Source: Eledone cirrhosa (Eukaryota). From it: a stretch of DNA of 64,000 nucleotides. The notes beneath the pieces were generated by a model. That model saw only the letters and a program-made list of their open reading frames with translations, was not told the DNA's origin and searched no databases. The stretch lies in the NCBI GenBank assembly GCA_964016885.1, contig OZ024743.1, positions 96,968,001 to 97,032,000 on the forward strand. Reading direction: 5' to 3'. Both the position numbers and the translations under genes were made by a program. Positions 39,809 to 53,803 of this stretch are shown here, piece by piece (positions within the stretch are counted from its first letter, which is position 1; the number at the start of each line of letters is the position of its first letter).

Positions 39809-41168
39809 TATAACATATATATATATATGTATAATATATATATGTATATATATAACATATATATATATATTACATATATATATAATATATATATAACATG
39901 TATATATATATTACATATATATATATATAATATATATATATAACATATATATATATAATATATATATAATATATATATATAACATATATATATATATATA
40001 TAATATATATAACATATATATATATATAATATATATATATAGCATATATATATATTACATATATATATAATATATATATATATATATAAAATATATATAT
40101 ATATATATTACATATATATATATATTACATATATATATATAACATATATATATATTATATATATATATATATAACATATATATATATTACATATATATAT
40201 ATATTATATATATATATATATAACATATATTACATATATATATTATATATAACATATATTACATATATAACGTATATTACATATATATATATAACATATA
40301 TATATAACATATATATATATAACATATATATATATAACATATATATATATAACATATATATATATAACATATATATATATATATAACATATATATATATT
40401 ATATATATATATAACATATATATATATAACATATATATATATTACATATATATATATATATTACATATATATATATTACATATATATATATAATATGTAT
40501 ATATATATACAAAATATATATATATAACATATATATATATAATATATATATATAACATGTATATATATTACATATATATAATATATATATATATATATAA
40601 CATATATATATATAATATATATATATAACATATATATATATATAATATAAATATAACATATATATATATAATTCATATATAACATATATATATTACATAT
40701 ATATATATATATATAACATATATATATATAATATATATATATAACATATATATATATTACATATATATATATTACATATATATATTTATATAATATATAT
40801 ATATAACATATATATATAACATATATATATAACATATATATATATTAAATATATTACATATATATATTATATATATATATATAACATATATATATATATT
40901 ACATATATATATATTACATATACATATATATAATATATATATATATATATAACATATATATATATATTACATATATATATAATATATATATATATTACAT
41001 ATATATATATTAAATATATATATATATAATATATATATATATTACATATATATATTACATATATATATATTACATATATATATATATTACATATATATAT
41101 ATATATTACATATATATATATATATAATATATATATATAATATATATATATATTATATATATATATTT

Positions 41169-41207
<39 letters not shown>

Positions 41208-41512
41208 CCATATATATATATATTACATATATATATATATATAATATATATATATATATTATATATATATATATATATTTAATATAAATCAAAAGGTAAA
41301 TCGATATAATATATATATATATTACATATATATATATATAAATATCATATATATATATATATATATATGCAATATATATATATTACATATATGTACATAT
41401 ATATATTACATATATATATATATTACATATATATATAAATATTATATATATATATATAAATATAATATATATATATGTTATATATATATATGCATTACAT
41501 ATATATATATAT

Positions 41513-41594
<82 letters not shown>

Positions 41595-41695
41595 ATATAT
41601 ATATTATATTTATATATATATGCAATCTATATATATATATATTATGTACATACATATGTAATATATATATGTTATACATATATATATTATATATA

Positions 41696-41925
41696 GTAAT
41701 AATAATAAATTTGAAGACTAAAATCCAAAGAGGGCTCAATAAGCATAAATATATATTAAATATATAAGAACCGTAGATCAAAACAGATTAAGGTTTAAGC
41801 AAAGAATCGCTGCTTTCACCCTTAACGGGATCTTCTGAAACTATTTGGTAGTTTCAGAAGATCCCGTTAAGTGTGAAAGCAGCGATTCTTTGCTTAAACT
41901 TTAATCTGTTATTTTAATAAATATA
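41696..41925. mobile_element. Fold-back element, family P6 (same family as 20285-20490)
   Basis: Hairpin 41782-41910; shares GCTCAATAAG..CCGTAGA and CAGAAGATCCCGT..GAAAGCA..TTGCTTAAAC with the 20.3-kb copy. Confidence 0.75.
41850..41900 (+). ncRNA. Hammerhead-like motif, variant core CAGAAGA
   Basis: AGTTT-CAGAAGA-TCCC GTTAA GTGT-GAAA-GCA[GCGATTCTT]TGC-TT-AAACT; the mirror copy on the minus strand (~41792-41842) has GGGT in stem II. Confidence 0.55.
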
Positions 41926-42983
41926 ATATATATATATATATATTTTATAATATATATATATATTACATGTATATATATATATATATAATATATATATATA
42001 TGTAATATATATATATGTAATATATATATATTATGTATATACATATGTAGGTATGTTATATATATATATTATATATATATACTATATATATATATATTAT
42101 ATATATATATTATATATATATGTAATATATATATATTATATATATATTATATATATATATATATATGTAATATATATATATATTATATATATATATTATA
42201 TATATATATGTTATATATATATATATATGTTATATATATATATGTTATATATATATATATTATATATATATGTAATATATATATATGTAATATATATATA
42301 TATTATATATATGTAATATATATATTATATATATAGGCATTACATATATATAATATATATATATATATAATATATATATATATTTAATATATATATATAT
42401 ATACATAATATATATATATATTACATATATATATATAATATATATATATATTACATATATATATATATATAAATATCATATATATATATATATATATATG
42501 CATTACATATATATATATATATATAAATATAATATATATATATATATGTATTGCATATATATATATATATATATAATATATATATATATTACATATATAT
42601 AAATATATATATAATATATACATATAATATATATATATATATATTATATATATATGTAATATATATATATATGTAATATATATATATATATTATATATAT
42701 ATATATATAATATATATATATATGTAATATATATATGTATATATATATATATATTATATATATATTACATATATATATATATATGCTATATATATATATA
42801 TATGAATTATATATATATATGTAATATATATATATGTAATATATATATATATGTAATATATATATATATGTTATATATATATATTTTATATATATATATA
42901 TTATATATATATATATTATATATATATATATATGTAATAACATATATATATAATATATATATCTATAACATATATATATATAG

Positions 42984-43016
<33 letters not shown>

Positions 43017-43157
43017 CATATACAAATAGTGAAAACAATGAAATTAAACAAAAAACGGTTAATTCATAGTAAAACTCATTATTTTACGATTATTTCTAGG
43101 GTGTAGTTCTCCGTATGTCATTCTATTATTGATCTATGTAAAAATATATATAACATA

Positions 43158-43387
43158 TATGGTGAGCATAAAGTCTTTGAAGCCACAAAACACACTGAGC
43201 ATTCTGTTTCATAGATACCATTTTGTTGTTGAAAATTAGAACTACTTTCTGTAGAAAAGTAAATGTAAAAGATATTCAGAAAAACCTTAAACTCGAAATA
43301 TATAAATTAAAAAATAAGTAAAATCGCAAATAGTATCCGAGATATGGTATTTTATAACCAGCAAAAGATTTTATGCACACCCTGTAA
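43158..43387. mobile_element. Tc1/mariner-type MITE
   Basis: TATGGTGAGCATAAAGTCTTTG ... CAAAAGATTTTATGCACACCCTGTA. Confidence 0.55.
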
Positions 43388-43583
43388 TATAAATATATAT
43401 ATATATATATTTATATATATATTTATATATATACATGTATGTATGTGTATATATATGTATGTGTGTGTATGTGTATGTATATATATATATGTGTGTGTAT
43501 TTGTATGTATGTGTATATATATATATGTGTGTGTGTGTGTATATATATGTGTATGTTTGTGTGTATATATTTCTATGTATGTG

Positions 43584-43616
<33 letters not shown>

Positions 43617-43648
43617 GTATATATGTATGTATGTGTGTATATATGTAT

Positions 43649-43691
<43 letters not shown>

Positions 43692-44024
43692 ATTTCTGTT
43701 TAAAGACGGACTGAATACTTCATACATAACTTATCGTAGGTATGTATTTGGAGCCTGATGATAATTTGCTCCATTACTACTTAGAGTTTCATGATGATGT
43801 TGAAGGAATGAAAGCATATCACTTAAAGCTGAAGAGAAAATCAACAACTGACCCCGTATATATATGTCATAGCATTACCTCTTAAATCTTGACGGATTCT
43901 TAAGGCTGCCATAGTGATATACCGAATGTCTTTGGAATTTAAACCTTGCAATATATATATATAGAGAGAGAGAGGTAGAATACTGGAAGGTTCTCTGAAT
44001 GGTGAACTGTTGTGTTACTACTTC

Positions 44025-44116
44025 TATATATATATATATATATATACACACACATATATATATATATATATATGTTTATATATATATGTGTGTGTATGTG
44101 CGTTTATGTATATATG

Positions 44117-44181
<65 letters not shown>

Positions 44182-44255
44182 TATATATATATACACATAT
44201 ATATATGTGTGTGCATGTGCGTTTATGTATATATGCTATATATATATATATACTA

Positions 44256-44293
<38 letters not shown>

Positions 44294-44475
44294 TATGCTA
44301 TATATATATATATACAATATATATATAAATCGGTGATGATGATGATGATGATGATGATACACATATATATATGTGTGTGTATGTGTGTTTATGTATATAT
44401 GCTATATATATATATACACATATATATATGTGTGTGTATGTGTGTTTATGTATATATGCTATATATATATATACA
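44025..44475. repeat. Compound microsatellite with a higher-order unit, about 4 copies
   Basis: Recurring ACACATATATATATGTGTGTGTATGTG(C/T)GTTTATGTATATATGCT. Confidence 0.85.
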
Positions 44476-45430
44476 AATATTAAACATGCTGAAAACTCGA
44501 AACAAATTTCAGTTTATAAACAGAAGGGTTTTCCCCACTGATTTTTCAATAAGATGTTATAAAGGAAAAAACAAAACATTTCAGCAATATCCTTTTCCTT
44601 GTTATCGTTTATTTTTTTTTTTTTCATATTTTGTTTTGAGAAATTTTATATTTTTTGAAGTGTTAAAGACCAGAAAAGGTCTTTCTAAATCCTTGTTATA
44701 TGTTTTATTGATTTTAATTTGAATTCTTTAAAGTCTGAATATCTTGAATTTATGAAAAAAGAAAAAGAAAAAATTACAAACTGTTAGAATTATGCAGATT
44801 TTGTTTTTCTTTCTCTCCTATCTAAAAGAATTATTTTCTTAAAATTTAATTTTGTTATTGCATTTATACTACAAGAAGTTAAAGAACAATATACTACTGT
44901 TAATTTTATGAATTATTTCCAGTATCTAAATATGAAATACAAATTTTAATCATGTTCTTGTTTATAAATGTCAAAATAGCTTGAAGCAAGATGAAAACAA
45001 AAAATTAAAAATAAATAAAATTAAATCTAATTCTTGCTAGAAAAGAATATTCTCTCACTATATTTTTTGTTTCTTTTCTTTTTTTCTTCTTCCCCACTAA
45101 CAAAGATATTTAATGGTACTATTAAAATTATTCCTTCATGTTTCCATAAAAATTTAAAAGGTCAGCAAAGGCCAACATTTCCTCCCAGAAGAGTGTTGAA
45201 CGAATAAAAAGATATTGATATATTGAAAATGTTAAATGGTGTTATAGAAAACGTCGAATAGTGAACTGATTGATTTGATGACTGGATTAAAGCAATCTTA
45301 TTTCATATTTCAATAAAATCTGAGAATATTTTCTTCTCTGACTACAGAAACTATTACATGGAAATGAAATTTAAACAAAATAATTTCCCTAGTTCAATAA
45401 GGATATGATATATATATATAAAGAAATATA

Positions 45431-45527
45431 TAAAGGGTGTCCAAAAAAATGTATACACATTTTGATTACCTGTACAGGCAATATTTATTAGAATGCTGTT
45501 GAAGTGTGTATACATTTTTTGTGATAC

Positions 45528-45535
<8 letters not shown>
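45431..45535. mobile_element. Tc1/mariner-type MITE
   Basis: AGGGTGTCCAAAAAAATGTATACACATTT / AAGTGTGTATACATTTTTTGTGATACCCT; TA flanks. Confidence 0.7.
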
Positions 45536-45558
<23 letters not shown>

Positions 45559-45782
45559 ACATACACAAAAATGCCCACAAATACGTATGTATGCATTCAT
45601 ATATATATTCATATACTTCATATGGTATCGTAAGACATATTTTGCATTAACAAACATATAAAGTATATACATAGATTCATTAAATAGACAATCACATGGA
45701 GCTAGTTTTTTTATTAAAATAGTTTTCTGAAAATAATAGGATGAATACATATGTACATATATTCAGACATTATCCTTCCTAT

Positions 45783-45831
<49 letters not shown>

Positions 45832-45840
45832 CACACACAA

Positions 45841-45875
<35 letters not shown>

Positions 45876-46301
45876 GATATAGATATGCATACATATATAT
45901 ATACATTTTATATATATACATATATATATATAAATGAGTTAATAAAGAATTTTAAACGTAAATAGCTAATCAGCCAATATTGCTGGAATTTAGAAATCGA
46001 AAAAGAAAATGAAATTGAAAATATGGTTTTGAGCAAAACCTTAATCTTATAATAATTCATATGCTTTTACTCTTTCTTCTCTAGCAACCACTGCATCCTG
46101 ATCAGGGTTGTGATTATAGGAAATGGATCAGGTTAGATGAAAACCTTGTAGGCAGAATGTGTATTACTATTCATCTTGTAGTATTTATTGCTATCCTGCC
46201 TATAGATGCTTGAAATGTGAATACAAAAAATGGTAAAAAAAAAAATACAAAAATATCATAATCATAATAATGGTGACAATGCTACAACAACAACAACAAC
46301 A

Positions 46302-46364
<63 letters not shown>

Positions 46365-46365
<1 letters not shown>

Positions 46366-46604
46366 GAAGTCAAAGTGGTCCCGATTGTCATAGGCGCACT
46401 AGGTACTATCTCAAAGAGTTTCCAAGGACGGTTAAAGAAAATTAGTCCCGCCCCGCTTTTTAGAACACTTCAAAAGGCATGCTTGCTGGGAACAGCAAGA
46501 ACCCTCCGATACATCCTGAATATCTGAGGCTGAAGATAGTGGCTTGATATTCATTTCAACAAACTTTCCAGTTAAATAACATCAATGACTGAGACTCAAA
46601 GAAC
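46365..46604 (+). mobile_element. Dong/R4-like LINE 3' end inserted in (TAA)n
   Basis: EVKVVPIVIGALGTISK...LQKACLLGTARTLRYILNI* (stop at 46527); (TAA)n on both sides. Confidence 0.85.
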
Positions 46605-46641
<37 letters not shown>

Positions 46642-46689
46642 TTGATAGATGTAATAATATTAATAATAATAATATTGATAAATGTTAAT

Positions 46690-46903
46690 AATGATTTCTA
46701 GTATAGGCACAAGGCCAACAATTTTGGCGTGGGGAAAGTCGATTAAATCGACCCAGTGCATTACTGGTGTTTTATTTTATTGACCCCATAAGGATAAAAG
46801 GCAAAATTAACCTTGGCAAGTTTGAACTCAGATCATGAAGGGCTACTCTATGCTACAAAGCATGGTGTCTGATGCTCTAATGATACTGCCAATCCACCAC
46901 CCT
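46690..46903 (-). mobile_element. SINE family B
   Basis: Shared head and domain; flanked by a direct repeat TATTGATAAATGTTAATAAT. Confidence 0.8.
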
Positions 46904-47784
46904 ATTGATAAATGTTAATAATAACAGTTAAAATATTAATACTAATAATAGAAATATTTCTTAATATGAAAAAATATATTTCTTAATGTACACAAGAATT
47001 TTTCTATAGAAAATATATACACACCATTCATTTATATAGAAGGAAACACACAGAAACATATAGCCTCAGGCACATGTACACATACATATATATTACTGGT
47101 AAAATTCAAGTATGTGTTTATATATATGTGTGTGTATGTATATATATATATACATGTGTGTGTGTATATATACATATATATATATTTATATACATGTACA
47201 TATAGATGCATATGTATAAATATACACGAATATGTGTGCATATGTATGTATATATATATATATAAATATAATATGTGTGCATATGTATGTATATATATAT
47301 ATAATTTATATACTTATACATATAAATTTGTGTTTGGGTGTCCCACTTTGAAAAGACAAGCTAAAATATAATTATGATAATGATATAGAATTATTTTTTC
47401 AGCTTTTGCTTATTCATTTCATTCAAATTTGGATGTTTATTTCATATTATATTGTTGCACATTCAATGGAAGACAAAGAATATTGGGTGTATTTTTTTCA
47501 AAAAATTCTACTCGGAGTTTACTACTTCCAGGTGTGTTTATATAGTATACACAATCATGTCACGTAGTTTAAGATCTTAGACACAAGATTTTGCATGTAG
47601 CAAATCTTACAAAACCTTATATCACTAATTCTTTTTTTATTTCGTTCCTCTAATCATTTTAGAAATATAAAAAAGAAAACATATTTTGTAAAAATGAAGG
47701 GAAAAATACAAATATATGTTAATATAAAAACATTTAAAAAATGAATAAATATATATATATACACATATATATATAAACATGCAT

Positions 47785-47841
<57 letters not shown>

Positions 47842-48503
47842 TATAGTTTCATCTTCTTAACTCTATCCATTTTGTACATCTCATTACCTCAAAAACTCCC
47901 TTTAAAGTAGATTTTCAATATTTTTCTGACAACTGAGCCAAAGTTTCTGATTCACTTGTATCAAATACCTTATCAGATTGATTTGCTGTTGATCTATCTA
48001 ACAAGGTTTAAGTTCATACTTTCACACCACATTCTTTACTGTTGTTATTTTAGAGATATTCTCTGTATTAAAAATCTTATTCTTCCAATCATTTTACTAG
48101 AAAACTTTGAACAATCCTAACAAGCTGGAAAACCTGACATCATTTCTGTGAATAAATTTCTTCTGAAAGGTGCTTTTTGGATGTTTTAAACAGTAATATC
48201 ATTACCCTCATGTGTTCAGTAACCAGTTTTAAGTGCAAAGCTTTTTTATGCATAATACTATGATGCCTAATTAAAAAAACAAAAACTGGGTATTTACTTC
48301 ATAGATTTACCGTTTTTATTCTAGTTTTTTATAGATTTTTTTCATCTCAGGTATAATTGAATCATCCCTATTATAAAGTATGGCAAAACACAACACAACT
48401 ATTTTTGCAATGTTCTTGTTTTACTCCTTAGTAATGAATACACACACATGCACTCGCATATCCATATATCCCTATATCTATCTATCTATCTCACACACAC
48501 ACA

Positions 48504-48590
<87 letters not shown>

Positions 48591-49143
48591 CGTGTGTGCA
48601 TGTGTCAATGTGTGTGTATATATCTATGAGCAAGACACGATCATCTGATCTGACTTGTCACACAACAGGACAACTTGTTTAGCCCATGCTAGCATGGAAA
48701 ATAGATATTAAACAATGATGATAGTGACATATTCTAAAGAATGCACACACATATGCACACCACACTCACACACATATAGTTTGTATGTGTGTACGTTCAT
48801 GAATTTCCCCCTTCCAGCAGCAGTGAGCTGGACAAATAGATAATCTCTAACTACTGTACAATATATAACACTTATATAATGTTCATGTTATATTTGGTTT
48901 TATTTTTAAAATATACTATTTCATATGAAATCAATTGAGATGTTACATTCTATCTGTACTGTATTTGTGGTAAAACTGTTGACACATTATAGTAGCTTAC
49001 CACATGATGGTATTCATGTCCTTGTAGCGTACTCAAACAGCAAAATAATTTATTACAATAAACCAAGTTAGATTGAACATCATTATATCACTTTTAGACT
49101 TCAGTGCAGGCTCATGTTTGTGATGAAATCGGAATAATAATAA

Positions 49144-49270
49144 TAAGATTAGTCCAGTCCCGTTTTTTGGAACACTTCAAAAGGCATGCTTGCTGGGAAC
49201 AGCAAGAACCCTCCGATACATCCTGAATGTCTGAGGCTGCAGGTAGTGGCTTGGCTTGATATTCATCCAA
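49144..49270 (+). mobile_element. Dong/R4-like LINE 3' end (same family as 46365)
   Basis: Near-identical to 46440-46555; preceded by (TAA)n. Confidence 0.82.
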
Positions 49271-49621
49271 ACTAGGCATTGGAGACAATACAAGTTTGTT
49301 AAATAAGACAAAGTTATGCTTATATCCTGTAAAGGGAAGAGGACTTCAGCAAAGGAAAAAACAGTAGAATTATCTATGACAATAATTGTAATAAATATTT
49401 ATGGTAATTATACAAAATTATAAAAAAAAATGTCAACTAGGAATACTTTTCCAGTAGGAGAGAACAACTTTTGAGGTTAATTCCAGGAAAAATATCATAC
49501 AAAAACATTGCCCTGTTGTATGAAGAACATTGAAAATGTTCTCTTCCAAATTCTTTCCTTCTGCTTAGAAAAACGGTGAGAGTAGGTCTATTCAACTTCA
49601 TCAACCTAGCTGCATGTTTAT

Positions 49622-49838
49622 CCCTTTAGCATCTAAACCAGCCATATCTGGCCAGAATTCTCTAACCTCCATTCCAAACAGCTGTAACTGGCTGCTCATA
49701 CCAATGTTAAGGTATTGTTGTCAAAATAAATAACATCAAAATTTCATAGATTCGATATTATGTGAGATAATTATGTAAGATAAAGCTTTTACTGTGAAAA
49801 TACAATAATAAATATAGAGTAATGTAAATGATAAAGGG
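49622..49838 (+). mobile_element. piggyBac-type MITE (diverged)
   Basis: Colinear with 32528-32746. Confidence 0.82.
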
Positions 49839-51374
49839 TTGATGAAACACAGTAGAAGATAAGTATCAATTTATTTGTTTTGATATAAGAATAACTGATG
49901 TGTGAACAGATGTTATAAAAAGTTTAGGTTATTAAAGAGTGTTTACATTGAAATAATATAAATGGGGATAGAAAAGAAAGTACATATTAGTGTACAAATT
50001 TTACAATATGACTATCACCTAAGACTAGTTAAGGAATCTCACAGCTCCTTGATTAACCCAGCTACCATAAATAATAACAACAATATTAATAATATTTTTA
50101 TTATTATAATGATACTAATAATCATATTTCTAAAAGTAAACATGGAAGGATTTGAAAGTCACAAATCATAGACACTTGGCAGTTACTTAAGAGTCATTCT
50201 ACATCACCTTCTCTGTGGTGGGAGGTGCCCGTGATGCTGTTAATGCGGCTTTGATCATAGGACCTATCTATATATATATATATATATATACATCTATTGT
50301 GTTAGGGCATTTGAGAGTCAAGTATATTCTGTCAAGAACACTGTACAGTGCTTGCATATTAACTGCTGACTCTTTCATTGGTATGTCAGTTCACTAATCT
50401 CTAAGTGAGTCTACTACAACTCTTGAAATTAAAAAAATATTCAAATATAACTTTATTGGATACAGGCACCATATTTCTAATGAAAGACACTACATAGGAT
50501 TTTCAAACAATTTTGAAAATAATCAAAAATTCGAAAGGAATTTGTTATATAGCTAACTTTATCATTGTTTATTAAGTTGGTGTTTGGAACAGAGCTTATC
50601 AAAGGCTCTCACATAAAACTATGATTGAAGGATTATAGATAAATATAAACACCTTGTCTCAAAAAACCAGGCCTGGTTTCAGGCAGTGTGGTGTCGAAAT
50701 AGTTTAAACACGATAAAAGAAGAGAAAAGAAATGATCATGTCAATAAAATTTTAAATATGTAACCAGCATTTGCCCTAGAATATCATGAAACTAATTCGA
50801 TATTAAATCTTGCTATATTAATGTTAATTAAATTCTATTTGCATGTCATTTATATGAGGTTGATCATCCTATGGAATGGACCTCCACCTGTTTTAATGCT
50901 GATTGTTACTGTCATTTGATCAATGGGATAGCCTGTTCATGAAATGAATGTGTAAGTGGGTAAAATTCCACAGACATGTATAACCATAATATAATTCCCA
51001 GGGCGATTCAACATGACAGATTGTGCATGTGTGAATTATAGGTACAGTCCATCTAATGGGCTTCAAAATAGTTTCTGTTCCCCCAGTTTTGATCACAAGA
51101 GTTGGTTTAATCCATGGCTTTAGTAAATAATACTTGCCCAAGACTGCACACAGTTGAATCAAATGAGACCGTGCTGCATTCACTCCAGTTCCTTTAAAAT
51201 ATATTAAAACAGGAATTATTCAGTGTCTCTTGTAAAATTAATCTTTTATGTTCTCAACAGACAAATGAGGAATGTATTACCCCGTAGAATAAGGAGGGAG
51301 ATGTGGAGAAAGAGATTGTGTACTGCTCATTCTCTATGACTCCATCAAGAGTTAAGAATCCTTTCTATTTATAT

Positions 51375-51445
51375 TTCTGAGTTCAAATCTTGTTACAGTC
51401 AACTTTGCTTTTCATCCTTTCAGAGTCAATAAAATAAAGTACCAG
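51375..51445 (+). mobile_element. SINE family B fragment
   Basis: CTGAGTTCAAATC...AACTTTGCTTTTCATCCTTTCAGAGTCAATAAAATAAAGTACCAG. Confidence 0.7.
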
Positions 51446-53750
51446 TCCAAGGCAAAGTATTAGCAGAATTGGTTGAGCATCAGATGAGTTGCTTTGTGGT
51501 ATTTGTTCTGCCTCTCTTTGTTCTGTGTTTTGGGGTGAAAGACTTAATCAGTCACCCAATTTAAAATCTCTACTATGTCTTTGGGTGCCTTTAGCAGAGT
51601 TCACTCTATTGTAAGCATTTGAACCAGATGTTTAATTTGAGAGTATTTTCTTTTCTTGCTTCCAGCTAACTTGGAGACCCTGAAAAAGTAAAGGGTCCTG
51701 TATGCTGCTCTTCTTTCCCTGACTATCTGGTAAAAATTAAATATCCAACATCCAAAATGCAATATGTTAGGTACTACTATTTTCATATGCTACAGTCAGT
51801 TATTGGACTCCTCGTAGTAGTACTCTGCTCAAACAGCAAAAGATATTCAGATTTGAAATTCATTTTTATTATCAGGAACACAATGGCTATTAAGTTGTTG
51901 GACTTCTCATCACATGATTTTAAGCTTAGATATTACTACTGGTGCAGTATTATGTTGTATTCTTTTCAAGGCACCTGTGTTTACTCAAGCTTTTATGACT
52001 AAACAAACCACAAGTTCCATTCCTACTTCACAGCTTTGGGATTAGCAGCAAGAAAGATATCCATCCATGTAAGGAGTTGCTTCAATAAGCAAACAATCCC
52101 ATTCATGTAAACATGATGAAAACATTTTAATAAGGCCATCTGATTTGATGGCATGTTAACCCTCTCTATGTCTAGCCCTCATCAACATTACATCTTCATC
52201 ATGCGGAAAATAGAAAATACCACCACCACCACAACAATAACAACAGCAACAGCAACAACTATATTACTTGGCATTGCTAATTGGGTTGTTTAAGACATTT
52301 ACATGACTTTCCATTGATAAATGGTAGCAGGTTTGAAACACAACTATGGACTTGTTTTATAATTTAATTAATGAACATGTCAAAATAATTTAATTAATTA
52401 ATAAACCATCATGTCCCATGTATTTAAACTCACAAAGTAATGTGTGAGTTTAGTCATCAGTCATCTGACAGTAACTACACTTTAGTATAATTCTCAGAAG
52501 GAAATTCCATTCATTCTTTAACTATATTATTAACTTTACAATAAAATAAATACTAAGGTTAGTTATTAGTTAATTTTATCCAAATGGACTAATACTTTAG
52601 CTAAATTAAAATATTTTCTAGCAAGCAAGTTTCCTGGATGTGAGGAGACAGAAAAACTTTTACATAATTTGTAAGTCTAATTATATGCAACAGCTGTTTA
52701 ATGAATTAAATTCCAGTGTGAGAATTTAAAATTGAGTAGTTTAGTGAAGTTAGAATATTAAATTACAGTCTAACATCTTTAAGAAATTCCATACTTATTC
52801 AGTGTAGCCTACTGTAATAAGATGATTCTCTCATTTTACTTTCAAAGTTAGTTAGATTTCTTATGTTCATAGTTGAAAATCTGTTCTTTTTTTTTGTCAT
52901 AGTGTTATAGTTCAAAATACTTTTGTTGGCAGTGTTTTAAACCTTGTTATATAAAAGCTATTTAAGCAAACCAGTGCCTGTTATTCTATATAAACTTCAA
53001 TGAAATGTAATTATATTAAATTCACATTCCATATGTATCTCATCATATTTTGTAACAAAGTCAGCCACTGTGAACCAATCAGATGCCTCCAATTTGGCTT
53101 TCAATTAATATTTTCTATAATCTTATTGCATATTCTGTGTAATAACAGGTAACCTTCTAGTGAGTTGAAATTATGGTCCAGTTTTGATCTTCACTTGAAG
53201 CTAATTACTATATCTATGTTGCTAATGCCTGTGTGAGGAAATTAATATCATGTAACATTCTTCCTTGAAAATAGGTTCTTACACTCAGTAAAAATAAAAA
53301 TTAAAAAATGAAATTTAAATAAATGAAACAAATGAAATAAAAACAAAAATTATATTTAAAAAAATCGAAGAACAATATTTTTCTTTATATTTCTTAGATA
53401 TTTAGATTCACTTTTTAGTCTTTCAGATTCACTTTTCCCTTTTTAACCAAATATTAGACCACTTAGTAAATATTGTCTTTAAGTAATTGTAAAAATATAA
53501 TATCAACACAGTATATAATAGTAATATATAAACACAGTAGTGATGTTGTGGCTGTGGGCAGAGAACTTCTCCTTTCAGCACTCCAAAAGATAATTTCAAA
53601 ATATCAATTTAAAAATAAAATTTATCCTATTAAATTTCTTCTAATTTATTTGCTTTCATCAATATTTTTTTAATCAAAGATCAATTCCTTGTATGAAATG
53701 GTCCCACAAGATACCTAAATTTCAAACTTCTTTACTTGGCTGTGAAAATA

Positions 53751-53803
<53 letters not shown>

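Larger units (their letters stand above)
39700..43022. repeat. 3.3-kb degenerate (TA)n field with TTACA and TAACA interruptions of switching polarity
   Basis: Direct reading; interrupted by a unique island at 41696-41925. Confidence 0.95.

Noticed and set aside
46230-46445. Poly-T/N and poly-Q/L/I ORFs
   Set aside because: (CAA)n(CTA)n(TAA)n microsatellite fused to a LINE end
50920-51195. 87-aa ORF with an apparent splice acceptor
   Set aside because: Contains CTTGGGCAAGT..TTTACTAAAGCC..CTTGTGA..GAAACT..GAAGCCC, which looks like a decayed SINE; no protein motif recognised
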